Below, piece after piece: positions 40,001 to 55,455 of a stretch of DNA of 64,000 nt. Both the position numbers and the translations under genes were made by a program. The stretch lies in the NCBI GenBank assembly GCA_964016885.1, contig OZ024741.1, positions 210,366,001 to 210,430,000 of the forward strand, read 5' to 3'. The notes beneath the pieces were generated by a model. That model saw only the letters and a list, made by a program, of their open reading frames with translations, ran no database searches and was not told the DNA's origin. Position 1 is the first letter of the stretch. Each line of letters begins with the position of its first letter. Source of the stretch: Eledone cirrhosa (lineage: Eukaryota).

Positions 40001-40867
40001 ATATATACTGTATATATATTTTTATATATATATATATACATACGTAAATATATATATATATGCATATATATATATTTATGTATGTATATATATATATATA
40101 TATAAAGATATATATATATATGTATGTATATATGTGTGTGTGTATTTATATAAATATGTATGTATATCTATATGTTCGTTGTTATACAAATCCATACATA
40201 CAGGTTTAACTATTTAACTTTATAAGAAGAATTGAAGTTGAATATAAAATATATGAAGACATTATAGCAATTTTGGCCGATCACTGTCATCCATATACCG
40301 ATGTATGTCATACGTAATCCTTTTAGCGATGTAAATAGATGGTAATAATCTAAAGAGCTATAGACGCCTTGATAAAAGTAAAACGCCGCGATTAGGAAAT
40401 AGCTTCCGCCATTTTAGCGTTCGATCGAAATTTAATGTATATTTTCTATAGTATGACTAAACTCTTCTGAATTCGCTAGAATACACTTTGGAAAGAAAAA
40501 AATTGCCATAAATATGGTGCTTAAGTTTGGAGAAAACTCTATCCTTCAGTCAGTTGCTCCGATAATTATTGCATATAATCGAATATTTCGTTGTTAGTGC
40601 TTGATTCCTGTGATTAAGACGCCATGAGTTGAGAGTCTATTCCATTATTAAAGATTGCTGTTCGGCCTCTGCCACCATATTTATCGCCATTCTAATGGAG
40701 TGAACTGATTTTTCCATCAAATTACTACCAGCCATCAGTTAAGAGGAAAATAATTTACTGACCCAAATTGAAAATGTTTCCTCTTCACAGTCGGGATGTC
40801 ATCACATAGGGTGATGTTATGGTCCTTTAATATTATTAAAGTACATTATTAATTTATACACACAATG

Positions 40868-41023
<156 letters not shown>

Positions 41024-41136
41024 TATATATGTAATATATATATATCTATATATCTATATATCTATGTATATATATATGTATATAAGCATATATATATATA
41101 TTTATATATATATATACTTATATATACATATATATG

Positions 41137-41284
<148 letters not shown>

Positions 41285-41349
41285 AATACACACATGCACA
41301 CATATATATAATACATATCTGCGTGTGTTTGTTGTGTGTTTATATATAT

Positions 41350-41418
<69 letters not shown>

Positions 41419-41629
41419 TGAACGCGCGCACATATGCAATCATATATGCTATGCTATAACACGATCTCATCTTACACTTTCTGTCAGCGAATTATGAAGG
41501 TCAGACTTGGGTTTCTATACGGCATACTTTCATAATAAAGTGACAACTACATATCATGATTGCTCTGTAGTTACTATTGAAGAGTAATTGACAGTAACAG
41601 TGAATAAGAATGAAGGAACGAATGGATCT

Positions 41630-41975
41630 CCGTCACTTGTGGTGATGAGTGTTTCAGTTGTTTGAACAACGGACAGCCAGCTCATGAAATTTACCTGAAA
41701 GTGGCTAAGTATCTCACACATACGTGTAGCTCAAAACGTATTAAAGATTACAGTTATTAAAGATTGCAGTTCGCCCTCTGCCACCACCCAAGGGTGATGC
41801 ATGTTGACACAGTGTATGACACAAGTCGCCCAGTTCACCCGGCGAGGGTCCAAACCGTTTCTGCTGCTATATTTCACCCACAAGGTATGGGTCAGCCCGA
41901 GGCTATAGTAAATGGCACTTGCCGAAGAGGCCACGCCATAGGGTTGGACCCGGGACGTTCACGGTGGTAGGGAAT
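41630..41975. mobile_element. Decayed SINE fragments
   Basis: GAGGCTATAGTAAATGGCACTTGCCGAAG.. resembles, from recall, the reverse complement of a common octopus tRNA-SINE head. Confidence 0.5.
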
Positions 41976-42231
41976 GGTCGGATGGAATAGAGCGCCGTAC
42001 GTGATAGTCAGATAATGTTAAGTACCAGTTCAGTGCTGATGTAGCCCTCTCTCCTTCCAGTTGTCACATCATGGATGTTTTCTGAATTAAAGGAACAGAG
42101 GATTGAGAAACTGTTTGTGTCTACTCGCGACTGCAAGGACACTTAAACCTCTTACCGAAAGCATGGTGTATACTACCAAGTCTTACTCGATGATTGCCAG
42201 TGACAACTGTAATTAGTCAAGATAAATCGTG

Positions 42232-42365
42232 AAGGCGCGTGGCTTAGTGGTTAGATGTTTTGATTCGCAATCATGAGGTTGCGAGTTCAATTCTTGGACT
42301 GGTAGATAGTATCAGCAATAGAAAGTCTAATGGAAACATTGTTTCCTTGGTCCGATTTAACGAGG
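42232..42365 (+). mobile_element. tRNA-derived SINE (second family)
   Basis: A box TGGCTTAGTGG and B box GAGTTCAATTC. The body is similar to the reverse complement of 44400-44470 and 53490-53553. Confidence 0.7.
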
Positions 42366-42747
42366 TCCACCCCACTCGGTCTGGGATCTTAACGATCGAT
42401 CAAAGCGAGCGAGCGAACATCGTTTAATGTGGCGCAAGAGGTAATTTCTTAGATATCTTGAGGTTGATGTTGTTGGTATTTGTCAGTTTGAGAGAGACAA
42501 CACCAAGTTGTGATACATATCGACTGTCTGTCCTAGATATATTTAAACATTGGCTGGCTTTAAATGTCGAACACAAGATAGTAATTGAGAGAGAGAGGGG
42601 GAGAGAGTGTTAGAGAGAGAGAGAGAAAGAGAGAGAGAGTTAGAGTGTGAGAGACAGAGTGAGAGAGTAAGAGAGTCAGAGATAGATAGATAGATAGATA
42701 GAGAGAGAGAGTGAGAGAGTGAGATAGACAGTGAGACAGAGAGATAG

Positions 42748-42788
<41 letters not shown>

Positions 42789-43574
42789 TATAGATATAAA
42801 TAGAGAAAGAGAAAGAGAGAGAGACTAAGTAAAAAAAAGTAAAAAAGCAAATGATTACAATAATTTATCGTAACGTAATCGAATATTTCAAAATGGATAG
42901 GAAAATGTGTTTTATACAAAACTGAACAATAATTTGAAAAGAAAATTTCATATAAAAGATTATTTTAAGAACACTAATGTAATCATACTGTAATATTGTT
43001 CTAGACATAGAGGTATTGACGTAGATTCTGCTTTATAGTCCGTCTTTCGTCTTCATTTTATTATCATTTATTTTATTTTATTTTTAAATATCTTATTAAT
43101 ATAACCAAGATTTACATCGTTATTCTTATTGTTTAATTTCAAAGCTATTTGCCAGAATTAAACATCCACATGTCACAAAGAGTTATAGGGTTTCTAAATT
43201 AAATAAGTTAATTCAAGATGGAGATGAAAAGAAGAATTAAAAAAAAAAACCAGCAGCATCTAATTTTAATATGTAAAAGCCATGGACGACATGATAACAT
43301 GTAGAGGAATAATAAAGATTTAGATAATATGAGATCTAACTGAAAATAGATGTAAAATGATGTATTGGCAAAAATATTGTAACATTAATACAATATATAC
43401 ATATATGTAGGTAGGGTCCCGTAACTTTTGAGCAGGTCGTAGGGGCGCCGCATTGACATACGGCGTTTCTAGGGCATTTTAAAACCTGCCGGCACCCATC
43501 TCCTATACAGATGATTTCTTCCAGAGAAAGATAGAAAGTGAGAGAAATGAAACGAGAAAGAGGTATAGAGGAAG

Positions 43575-43735
43575 AATCTTTACCACTACTAGACTAGACT
43601 GGTACTTTTTTTGTCGACCACGAAAGGAAGAAAGGAAAAGTTGACCTCGGTGAGATTTGAACTCAGAGGGTCGGAACGAATACCACAAAGCATTCTATCC
43701 GACGTTATAACGACTCTGCCAACCCGCCGCCTTAA
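43575..43735 (-). mobile_element. tRNA-derived SINE, diverged
   Basis: Reverse complement of the 12632 family (GAGTTCAAATCTCACCGAGGTCAACTTTTCCTTTC). Confidence 0.8.
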
Positions 43736-43756
43736 TACGATATATAGATACAAAAT

Positions 43757-44181
43757 TATTAGGTTGCGCAGAAAGTTCTTGCCGCTTTACACATTTTTAT
43801 GGACTTTGACGTTTTTTAAACTTAGGAAAGTCAAAATAATCGGCATCATTTGTGAGTACCGTTTACCATCGTTTGGGAAGGTACATGATTCCATCAATGT
43901 AGAATTCTGGCTTCGATGTAAAGAATTCCGTCAGCCACAGATTTAACTGGTCTTCATTGGCAAAGATCTTTGACTGACTGCATTTCTAATTGAGAGAAAA
44001 AGGGTGACAGTTGAAAAAAGGTGAATACGGTGTAGGTGGGCAGAACCTCTCAACATAGCTCCAGCAGCTTCTCACTTCTTATGTATGTGCGCTTACGCAA
44101 CATTACATTCGACATTTCCAGAAAACTCTACCAAAATACCTCCTTTTGAAAAGCAGCGTGAACTTTCTGTCGAACTCAATA
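43757..44181 (-). mobile_element. Internally deleted mariner-like DNA transposon
   Basis: Imperfect ~30-bp TIRs (TTAGGTTGCGCAGAAAGTTCTTGCCGCTTT / AAAGCAGCGTGAACTTTCTGTCGAACTCAA) flanked by TA. Minus-strand KLLELC*EVLP and EFFTSKPEFYIDGIMYLPKRW match a mariner transposase C-terminus. Confidence 0.8.
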
Positions 44182-44394
44182 TATGTATGAACAATACCAT
44201 TGTAACGTTACTCTAATATGTAGATATGGAGTTAGGCCAGGGGTTTCAAACACACTGCCCACACACTTCTTTACTATGTACCGAGGCAGAAAAGTTTTCA
44301 TGATTAATTATAGAAAATTTGAAACAGAAAATGTCCGCCATTTTGAATAAATTCACATATCCCATTTACTACCATATATATAAAAAAAAAAAAG

Positions 44395-44545
44395 GAACGA
44401 TCGACTTTCGTCCAATCGGACCGAGGGAACAATGTTTCCGTTGGTCTTTCCAATTGCTAATACTATCTATCGGTCGCAACTCCAGGTAGAAGGAGCAACG
44501 TGAAATAAAGTGTCTTGCTCAAGGACATAACGCATCACCTGGTCC
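44395..44545 (-). mobile_element. SINE fragment with CORE-like segment
   Basis: Minus-strand GCGTTATGTCCTTGAGCAAGACACTTT. Confidence 0.6.
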
Positions 44546-45089
44546 ATATATGTAATCATTTTAATGAAAAAAATAATATGTATAAATAAATAGCAGTTTA
44601 TCAGCTCTTCTGCAGATTAGCATTATAACTGGGGGAAATCACTCCCACACACCGTTCCGCATTTGTCCCGTTGTGCCTCTTCCCTCTGACGTAATAGCTC
44701 TTTTGAGTCCTTCAGCTTAAGACATCTGGTTTAGGTCTATGACAAAAGCAATGTAAAGTTACTGCTTTATATAAATGTCAGGTTACATCTATTAGCAAAA
44801 AGCCATCGTTGATTTACAAAATATACTCTTACTTCGCTTGGGGATCACGCCGGATCAGTTGGAGACGGTTGCTTCTGACATGATCCGCTGGAAGGGGTGT
44901 TTGAGAACTCTGTTCCCCCCCTCTCTCTCTCTCTCTCTCCCAGCCCTCTCAGGAATAAGTGAGCGAAGAAGAAAAAGAAAAAGAAGAAGAAGAAAACGAA
45001 GAAGAAGAAGGAGAAGAAAGAAAAAAGATAGAAAGAGGAAGAAAAAGAAAAAAATAAGGCAAAGAATAAAAAGATAAAACGAAGAAGAA

Positions 45090-45121
<32 letters not shown>

Positions 45122-45194
45122 AGACTATTGCATCGGACATTCAATCACAGTCAAATAATTTAAGAAAAAAACAAAACAAAACAGTTTCATAGAC

Positions 45195-45570
45195 TGTGGT
45201 AGGCCCCTCACCTGTGATGACATATGCTGTGACATCTTCTCAAATGACAACCTGGTGCATTCAGCTACCAGTCCAGGTCCTGCTGCTGGCCAAGCCGAAG
45301 AGGGCACACTTTCCAAGTATCGGCCGCTCTCCGATAGGTTTGTGGTAGAGCCTGTAGCATTGGTGAGACTTCCAGCTTTCTTGTCCAACCTCCCCACCCG
45401 GTACCTCATCCCTACTCTCTGCTATCGGGGTGGAGTTGGCCGCCTGCAGATGCGTGCCCCGCGAGGTGGGTGGCTGTTCCAGCGCGTCTCCCTCGTCGTT
45501 CTCCGGGGCAATGTCTTCTCCAGACTGTCGGCAGAGACCCAAGATCCTGGCGAAGGGCAAGTTAGTTGGT
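45195..45570 (+). pseudogene. C-terminal RLE fragment of a CRE-like non-LTR retrotransposon
   Basis: GRPLTCD..CCD, GPAAGQAEE..SKY..L..F..EPVA and WLFQRVSLVVLRGN. Confidence 0.7.
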
Positions 45571-46207
45571 AGTTGAGGATACTCGTTCGGACGTCACTTC
45601 AACCCGCGAACAAGACAGCAAAAGCCTTTCTACGGACAACGGCCAGCGACACCCGTTGCAACAGCCACCCAATCTCGCGAGGCACCTTCCTGCTGACTTT
45701 CCGATCTTGCAGAGCCGGGGTCCAAGTACACCTGAGGTCTCGACAGCGACCAGTACGAAGAGTAAGCGGACGATATTATATTTACATATGAACTATTTCA
45801 TTATTTTTTTCAACACTAAAGTTTCAGTAGTGAAACAATTTCATTAACACATTCTTTGCCATATTTCTAATGAAATATTCTGAGGATGTGTTTTAAAATA
45901 ATTTTCAAAATACTGAAGAGTTCTTACTTGAAGAGGGTCGGTGGAGGAGTGATTAGTAATATAATTAACTTTCCCATCTTTGAGCTGATATTTGAAACAT
46001 AACTTTGCACACACACACACATTCACATACCTACACACACATATATATACACATATGTAGATACACCCATATACATACATACACACTCACACACATATAT
46101 ACATATATATATATATATGTATGTATATATATATATATATCTACGTATATACACATGCATATATATGTGTCTCTCTCTCTATATATATATATATACACAT
46201 ACGCATG

Positions 46208-46240
<33 letters not shown>

Positions 46241-46261
46241 GTATATATAAAATCTATGAAC

Positions 46262-46329
<68 letters not shown>

Positions 46330-46465
46330 CCCTTTCTCTCTCTCTCCACACACACAGACATACACACACATATATATAGTTGAAACAAAACAAAAAAGCA
46401 ACAACAAGGAAGCGAAGAGGCAGTACAAAATGTTAATATTAGTTTCACGCTTGAGAGTGGGGGGT

Positions 46466-46526
<61 letters not shown>

Positions 46527-46975
46527 TTATCATACCTGTCCGTTTCTGTTATGTTCACTAACTCACCTTCGCTGCTTATTGACATTAGCATTTATAAACA
46601 CCTTTTCCTAAAAATTTAGTCTTTACAAAAATTAACTGTCGCCTATAGAAGATATAGGTGTAACTTCGAAGTAACACAAGTGCTACCCTGTGTGTGTATA
46701 AGTGTATGTGAGTGTGTTCAGGTATCCATTAATATTTTATCTTTTATTGAATTGCCGTGTAGCACTGTTATATTTTACACATACTAACTAATTAACAAAA
46801 GGTAATATTTTACTTTTTAAATGGTGTGTGTTTTATTTTGTTGTCTTTGTACAGTTTTGTGTTGTGATTCAAGACTACAACTTTATATATATGTCGTCCA
46901 GTGTAAAAACCTGTCTTAATATATGTCATAGTATTATTGAGTACTATCTTAATTATATATGTCGTACATATTAAG

Positions 46976-47047
<72 letters not shown>

Positions 47048-47051
<4 letters not shown>

Positions 47052-47262
47052 GACAACATGAATGGACCTGTTATTTTTATCTAAAGACTTTTTTTCCATT
47101 CCATCCCGTCTATCCCCTCAATCTATCTTATTTCTCATTCTTTCTTCTGATGAAGGACTAGCGTCCGAAAGGTTAAGACCCACTTCCTGCTATATCGACC
47201 GTTAACCTAATATATCCCTTCCATATACTGTACCGATTGTGTTGTTAATTCTGTTTAACCTT
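47048..47262 (+). mobile_element. Solo terminus of the 34443-35992 PLE family
   Basis: Matches 35783-35992 including the hammerhead and has the same 3' endpoint before (CA)n. Confidence 0.88.
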
Positions 47263-47351
47263 TACATACACACACACACACATATATATATTATTGAGTG
47301 AAATGACAGGAGCCCGGACTGGCGAATTTCCTTCAAAGTTTTATTCGGCAA

Positions 47352-47409
47352 ACACTATGTACATGTCAGTGGCCAGGTTGCGTAGGATCCTGGTGACATC
47401 ATCAGGTGT
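47352..47409 (-). ncRNA. Hammerhead with GAAA changed to GACA (probably inactive)
   Basis: ACAC-CTGATGA-TGTCACCAGG..CCTGGCCACT-GACA-TGTACA-TA-GTGT. Confidence 0.6.
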
Positions 47410-47573
47410 ATATTGCATAATAGTTATGTAATAAAGGAATAATGGTAAATACCTTCCAAGAGACTATAAAGAGAGAAAGCAGAGAAAAAATCTGTTTACA
47501 TCGAAGCCGATCAGTAGGCCAATTGTTGATCGTCTGGCTGATCACCTTCGAGTATATATGTATTAAAGATTAC

Positions 47574-47654
<81 letters not shown>

Positions 47655-47655
<1 letters not shown>

Positions 47656-47803
47656 GTAATAATAATAAATGTGAAGACTAAAATCCAAAGAGGGCTCGAT
47701 AAGGATAAATATATATCAGATATATAAGAACCGTAGAGCAAATATTTATTAAAATAACAGATTAAAGTAAGTTTAAGCAGAGAATCGCAGCTTTCACCCT
47801 TAT
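47655..47803 (-). mobile_element. Mini-PLE family terminus plus tail fragment
   Basis: Matches 37000-37145 and has the same tail endpoint as 38025. Confidence 0.85.
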
Positions 47804-47879
47804 AAAACCTTGTGTGTGTACACACACACACACACACACACACAGACACACACACACACATACATACACACACACACAG

Positions 47880-47912
<33 letters not shown>

Positions 47913-47914
47913 AA

Positions 47915-48075
47915 ATACTTTGGGAGGGTCATGCTGCCAATAAAAACACACGCACCTGTTGGTTTTCACTTCAATTTATTACAAATTTCCAGTTGGTTGG
48001 TTTAATAACCGGATTGTTTTTTTATTTATTGTCAAAGAACATTCGTCACACATTATGTAACCTTCTCAGTAACTA
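47915..48075 (-). mobile_element. PLE-type terminus with decayed hammerhead; second copy at about 53560-53875 (plus, motif 53625-53667)
   Basis: Shared TGGGAGGGTCATG.TGCCAATAA.AAACACACGCACC. Motif GTCA-CTGAAGG-GGTCAC..GTGAC-GAAA-GAAC-TT-TGAC. Confidence 0.65.
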
Positions 48076-49278
48076 ATTTGTTATTTTGTGTCTCTACTTT
48101 GCTCTGACCTACACGACCTTGTCTCTACCTCTCCCTCACTCTCCATCTCTCTTCCACTCTCCTTCTCTTTCTCTCTCTCCATCTCCCCCTCACTCTCGAT
48201 CTCTATCTGACACTCCTTCTCTCTCTCATTTGATATTTCTCCTCTCTCTCTAGCTTCTATCCCTTACCAATTTCTATGATAAACTATTTTAACACCGTTT
48301 CTCTACGATTCACTCTCTCTCTCTCTTACTGTCTCTCCATCTCCCTCTCTTCCTCTTTATCATTTCCCTCTTTCTTCCCCTCTCTCTCACTCTAAATCCC
48401 TCTTCCCCCTCTCTCTTCTCCGCTCTCTCTTGTTTCTATCTATAATGTATTTTACTAACATTTCTCTGATTCACTCTCTCCCCATCCTCTCTCTTACTCT
48501 CTCTCTCTCTACCATTGTGTCTCACCTCTTCCTCTCTCTCTCCCTCTCTCTCTCTCAGACGCACACGCACACTCTCTCTTCGTCCTCTACCCTCTCTCTA
48601 ACTCTCTCCCCCTCTCTCTCCCACTGTGTCTCACCGTCCTCTCTCTCACTCATACACTCTCTCTTCGTCCTCTCCCCTCTCTCTAACTCTCTCTCCCCTC
48701 TCTCTACCACCGTGTCCCACCCCTCTTTCTCTCACATACACACTCTCTCTACCACCGTGTCTCACCTCTCTCCCTCTCTCGCACACACACTATCTCTCTC
48801 TCACAGACACACACTCTCTCATACACACACAGTATCTCTCTCTCCATCACACACACACACACACACAGTCTCTCTCTCCCTCACACACACGCACACCCAG
48901 TCTCTCTCTCCTTCACACACACACGCTCTCTCTCCTACCCATATTACAATATCCAATATGTCACCTAACATTTCTGGAACATGCTACGTAAACTATCCAA
49001 GATTAACTTCTCATCTTAACATCGTTATCTTCAAGGTGTAACTTCAACACTTTAAATTAACTATGACAACAATTGAAATTAGTTATTCTTTTATTTATTT
49101 ATCTATTTACGTATTCATTTGTTTATTTGTTAGTTTATTTATTTATGTGTTTGTTTGTTTGTTTGTTTGTGCTCTTCATGTCTCCAGAGGAATTAAAGTC
49201 TTGTTGCAACATGAAGGAAAAGAAGGAGACGATAAATAAAGGAGTTTTTCTCTTAGCCAACAAAATTATACTAACACT

Positions 49279-49354
<76 letters not shown>

Positions 49355-49378
49355 CATATATATATACACACACGCACG

Positions 49379-49410
<32 letters not shown>

Positions 49411-49839
49411 CATATATATTTATATATATATATATTTATACACACATATATATATACACACATATATATATATACATATACATATATATATGTGTATAAA
49501 TATATATATGTATATATATATGTATATGTATATATATATGTATATATAAACATACACACACACACACACACACACCTATATATATATATACTAACAATAT
49601 ATATATATATATATATATTCATTTAATCTATTAATCTATTGATATTTTATTTGAGTGACCCGAATCTTCCTGGTCGTTCTTTTTCGGCTGCACGGGTGAT
49701 TTTAGGCATAATATCTATGTGTTGGTAATTTAACGATGGTTATAGCTCTGATTTATCCAAATTATTGAGCCCTCTGCCACACATGTCGGATATTGTTTAT
49801 CGTGATTTCGTGGGCTGATATTCCGATTCTCGATTATTC

Positions 49840-49893
<54 letters not shown>

Positions 49894-49900
<7 letters not shown>

Positions 49901-50799
49901 GGGTGAGAAGAATACTGCTGGTTGCACATGGATAACATGTTATAAAATGAGTCCCTCATCAGTGATTTACCAAACGATCATGGGTATTTCATCGCATTAA
50001 AAATCATATACCTCACGTTGGAGCGATAATAACTAAAATAAGTTATTAGGACAATAGAAACGCGTAAAGCGAGTGAGACAAGTAAACAACACAGGGGGAG
50101 GCAAACCGAAGATGGAAATAAACACAAGCAACATAGTTATTCTTTCAGCATAAGCTGTGTGAATATATGAGCGAATCAGAAAACAGACCTTTCGCTAGTG
50201 AATCCGGTGTTAGAAAGAAGGAAAACCGTTTTCCCAGCGAACGGGAGGAAGAAAGAAGGGGAGAAACAGGGACTGAGTGAGTGGGAGTGCGAGGAAGAGG
50301 TCAGTAGAGAGAAAGAGTTAACTGACATGGCAGAGGGGACGAAAGAAAGTAAGAGAAACAGAGAGAATGAGGGAACAGTAAAAGAGAAAGAGAGAAACAC
50401 AGAATTGCAGTTTGGGTAAATATATGAAAAATATGGGTGAGAAGAATACTGCTGGTTGCACATGGATAACATGTTATAAAATGAGTCCCTCATCAGTGAT
50501 TTACCAAACGATCATGGGTATTTCATCGCATTAAAAATCATATACCTCACGTTGGAGCGATAATAACTGAAATAAGTTATTAGGACAATAGAAACGTGTA
50601 AAGCGAGTGAGACAAGTAAACAACACAGGAGGAAGCTAACCGAAGATGGAAATAAACACAAGCAACATAGTTATTCTTTCAGCATAAGCTGTGTGAATAT
50701 ATGAGCGAGTCAGAAAACAGACCTTTCGCTAGTGAATCCGGTGTTAGAAAGAAGGAAAACCGTTTTCCCAGCGAGCGGGAGGAAGAAAGAAGGGGAGAA
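49894..50799. repeat. 534-bp partial tandem duplication (1.7 units) between (TA)n tracts
   Basis: 49894-50265 is near identical to 50428-50799. Confidence 0.9.
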
Positions 50800-50824
50800 T
50801 ATAAACTTACATACATACATACAT

Positions 50825-50874
<50 letters not shown>

Positions 50875-50875
<1 letters not shown>

Positions 50876-51090
50876 TATGAAGAAAGTGTTCAAGCGCAGA
50901 AATTCTATAAAGATACCATTAAAAGATGGAAAAAGAAGTTGCCATTTGTCGATGTTAGGAACTTCTTTTTCTGCCTTTTAAGGGTGTTCACCCATTTTAT
51001 AAGATATCTTTATAGCATTACTGCGCTTGAATACTTTATACATACATTCTCAGCGCTTGAAAGAGCCGAAAATTCGGCTTCGTATATTAT
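50875..51090. repeat. Imperfect inverted repeat plus tail, probable PLE terminus remnant
   Basis: GTATGAAGAAAGTGTTCAAGCGCAG..CTATAAAGATA versus TATCTTTATAG..CTGCGCTTGAATACTTTATACATAC. Confidence 0.55.
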
Positions 51091-51127
51091 TTGTATACAT
51101 ATATGTATGTATATTATATTATTTGTA

Positions 51128-51300
<173 letters not shown>

Positions 51301-51467
51301 ATATATATATATATACAAATAAAATATATATGTATTTTCGTTGTTCTCATTCTATTTAAGTATTGAGTACCTTATTTACTGTGGTTACCCCCGGTTGCAC
51401 TTGGTATCTCCATATTTATATATATGATTATGTATGTATGTGCTTATCTATATATACTCCTCCTATA

Positions 51468-51555
<88 letters not shown>

Positions 51556-51673
51556 TTAAAATATATTTTAACGATAGTTATAGCTCTGATTCATCTGAAT
51601 TATTGAGCCCTCTGCCGCTCATATCGGATTTCGTTTTTCGTTAACTCGTGCGCCGATTTTTCGATACTCGATC

Positions 51674-51706
<33 letters not shown>

Positions 51707-51852
51707 GCAGTAATAATAAATACAAAGAACAAATATATATGTGTGTGTGTGTATGTGTGTGTTTGTGCGTGTATGTGTGTGTGTGTGTGCCTGTATGTGT
51801 GTGTGTGTGCCTCTGTGTGTATGTATGTGTGTATCTGAGTGTATGTGTATGC

Positions 51853-52005
<153 letters not shown>

Positions 52006-52179
52006 GAAGTATATAGCCAAAATGTTTGCAGCGAGATAGAAGGCTTCTTGTCAGGTTTTGTCTTGTCTTAAACAATGTATAACAAATGAGCGTAATAAGT
52101 TAGGTTAATAGTCCGTAAACAGTTATGATTGATGCCAGCTATTGGAAGAGAAAGGGTTAATGACATAGAAACACACACA

Positions 52180-52237
<58 letters not shown>

Positions 52238-52267
52238 GTATATGTATAGGTATGTACACACACACAC

Positions 52268-52352
<85 letters not shown>

Positions 52353-52400
52353 AGTATATATATATATATAAGTATATATATATATATATAAGTATATATG

Positions 52401-52438
<38 letters not shown>

Positions 52439-52448
52439 TGTATATAAG

Positions 52449-52513
<65 letters not shown>

Positions 52514-52960
52514 TTATATACATACATATATATATATATATACCTATATATACAAAAAACATGTATATAGGTTTATATATATATACATGTATATATATGT
52601 GTGTGTATGTATACATGTATATATATAAACATATATATATATATATCCACACATCATATATATATATATACATATATATTTAGTATATATATATATATAT
52701 ATATGTAACAATATATAATGTAAATAAGATCTGATGAGAGGAATTACACTTTATATTGGAAATGTTGTGCTGTCAGTTTCTGTATCATCAATCGTATAAT
52801 GGTGTTTAGACCATAGCATTGTTGTATCTCTCTCTCTCTATCTAGCTATGTAACACCCATCTTTCTTTCTCTCTGTCACCCCCTCACACACGCACACACA
52901 TATATATATATATAGAGAGAGAGAGAGAAAGAGAGAGATTGTTATCTGCTATACTATATA

Positions 52961-53098
<138 letters not shown>

Positions 53099-53149
53099 AA
53101 TCACAGTATAGCAGATACCAATCTCTCTCTTTCTCTCTCTTTCTCTCTC

Positions 53150-53348
<199 letters not shown>

Positions 53349-53888
53349 TGCGCGCGTGTGTGTGTGTGTGTGTGTGTGTGAGTGTGTGTGTACACAGAGA
53401 GGAGGTGACAGAGAGAAAGAAAGATTGGGGTTACACAGATAGATAGAGATATATGTGTGTGTATACATATTTATATATATTTTTTTTAGTCGTTCGACTT
53501 TTGTCAAATCTGACCGAGCAAACAGTGTTTCCGTAGGTCTTTCCAATTGCTCGTACACACACAGGGGCAAGATGGCGTAGGACAGAACAAAGGAGAGGCA
53601 CACAAACAAAGAAAAGAATCCCCAGTCACTGAAGGGGTCACGGAATGTGTGACGAAAGAACTTTGACAATATATGAACAACCGTCCGGTTGTGGAAACAA
53701 CCAACCAACCGGAAATTTATTAATTCTTAAATTTATAAATTTAATTTATAATAAATCGGAGTGAAAGCAACTGGTGCGTGTGTTTCTTATTGGCAACATG
53801 ACCCTCCCAGGGCATAACAGTATCGGTTTCAACACAGGTTTTCAGATAGGGAATCCTGCTAAACAAATTCAGAAACGAAATATATATA

Positions 53889-54136
53889 TATAACGAAGGA
53901 AATGTGGTAAGGAACCAGGTGGACCATAACGCACCAAAGTACTCAATACTTGGGGTAGTAGAGTGGGTAATAGGAACCAGTAAGACCCCGACCGCTGAGC
54001 TCAAGCCGTTTATATATATAGTGGTAGAAGACTGGAAGGTAATATCCGTAGTGGTAGAGCACTAAGTCCATGGGATGAGTTAGGTAGAAGTGGAAACAAT
54101 TGTTCTCGGTATGGTGAACTAACTGTTGTGTAACCA

Positions 54137-54139
<3 letters not shown>
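53889..54139. mobile_element. Family A tail and terminus (53889-54010), then inverted tail plus terminus of the 28437 family (54017-54139)
   Basis: Direct similarity to 55453-55572 and 28450-28556. Confidence 0.8.
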
Positions 54140-54170
<31 letters not shown>

Positions 54171-54174
<4 letters not shown>

Positions 54175-54375
54175 AAAGTTCTATTTAAATTGTTGGGATA
54201 CAACAAGCAAATATTTTTATAACTGATATAAAGCACTGGACAAGTATTTGGAGTAAATATACGATATTAACAAATCGAAACTATATTTATAAAACCATAT
54301 CTATTTTATTATACATATTTCAAGGATACCATGATAAATTATGGTATGCTTTCATCAGACAAAATACAATATATA
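54171..54375 (-). mobile_element. Terminus plus tail of the 39520 family, with hammerhead at 54303-54365
   Basis: ATTTTGT-CTGATGA-AAGCATACCATAA TTTA TCATGGTATCCTT-GAAA-TATGTA-TA-ATAAAAT. Confidence 0.85.
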
Positions 54376-54670
54376 AGAGAGTATTGAAGTTTGCTTGAAG
54401 CATTGTGGAATAATAGGTAAATATCTTTAAGTCGTTTGGAAGCCTCGACAATGCAAATGGGTAAATCTCCGGGTAACAAGATCCGGTGGTGGAGAGAGAT
54501 GTAAGTGGGTGTACGTTGAGATACGTGGTGTGTATAAGACGTGTAGAAGAATGAAGGAAAGAGTATAAAGGATAAAATAAAAATAACAACACGAGAGAGA
54601 GTTACCTTGGGAGAGATTTAATTGTCCCTATATATTTCGGATTCACATCCATCAACTGGGGGATTTCAAC

Positions 54671-54764
<94 letters not shown>

Positions 54765-55009
54765 TGTTATACTTGGGGAGGGTCATATTTGTGTAATATT
54801 GCCAGAATTAATAACAGAACACACTCACTGTTTGGTTGGTTTTCGCTTTTCGCTTCTGTGTCTTTTATATCGGTAATCTAATTTATTCGGTCCTCAATGT
54901 TGCCATTGACTTACCAACGGTCAAAAATAATACAGATACAATATAGACACAAACACATATATATAGTTTATCAAGTTCTTTCGTTGCACATCTGCAACAT
55001 AATATATAT

Positions 55010-55405
55010 ATATTAGAATATAAATATTAATAAAATAGATGTTCTTTTGATCAATTACATTTTATTATATATATTTCGGATGTACAATAGTACGTACTCA
55101 TTAGACAAAATATAACGATACATGACATACCCTGAGATGTTAAATGGTTAAGATTTAATCAAGGTAGATGTTAACCATTTAACATCTCAGGGTATGTCAT
55201 GTATCATTATATTTTGTCTGATGAAGACGTACTGTTGTACATCCGAAATATGTATAATAAAATGTAATTGATCAAAAGAACATCTATTTCATTAATATTT
55301 ATATTCTAATATTAATAACTCCGGAAAATTATTTTACCGTAGAGTGTTTCCAATCTACTGTAAAACTCATTCTTTGATATACTCATTGAATTTTGTTTAA
55401 CTCTT

Positions 55406-55408
<3 letters not shown>
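55010..55408. mobile_element. PLE terminus palindrome (55010-55151 versus 55171-55311) plus tail, with hammerhead at 55211-55263
   Basis: ATTTTGT-CTGATGA-AGACGTAC TGTT GTACATCC-GAAA-TATGTA-TA-ATAAAAT. Confidence 0.85.

Positions 55409-55452
<44 letters not shown>

Positions 55453-55455
<3 letters not shown>

Noticed and set aside
42232-42300. tRNA gene
   Set aside because: A and B boxes are present but there is no good acceptor stem and it continues into a SINE body.
44838-44915. Short peptide resembling an RTE-type LINE C-terminus
   Set aside because: Too short and diverged to support.
52725-52780. CTGATGA...GAAA...TC motif
   Set aside because: Stems are too degenerate to support a call.
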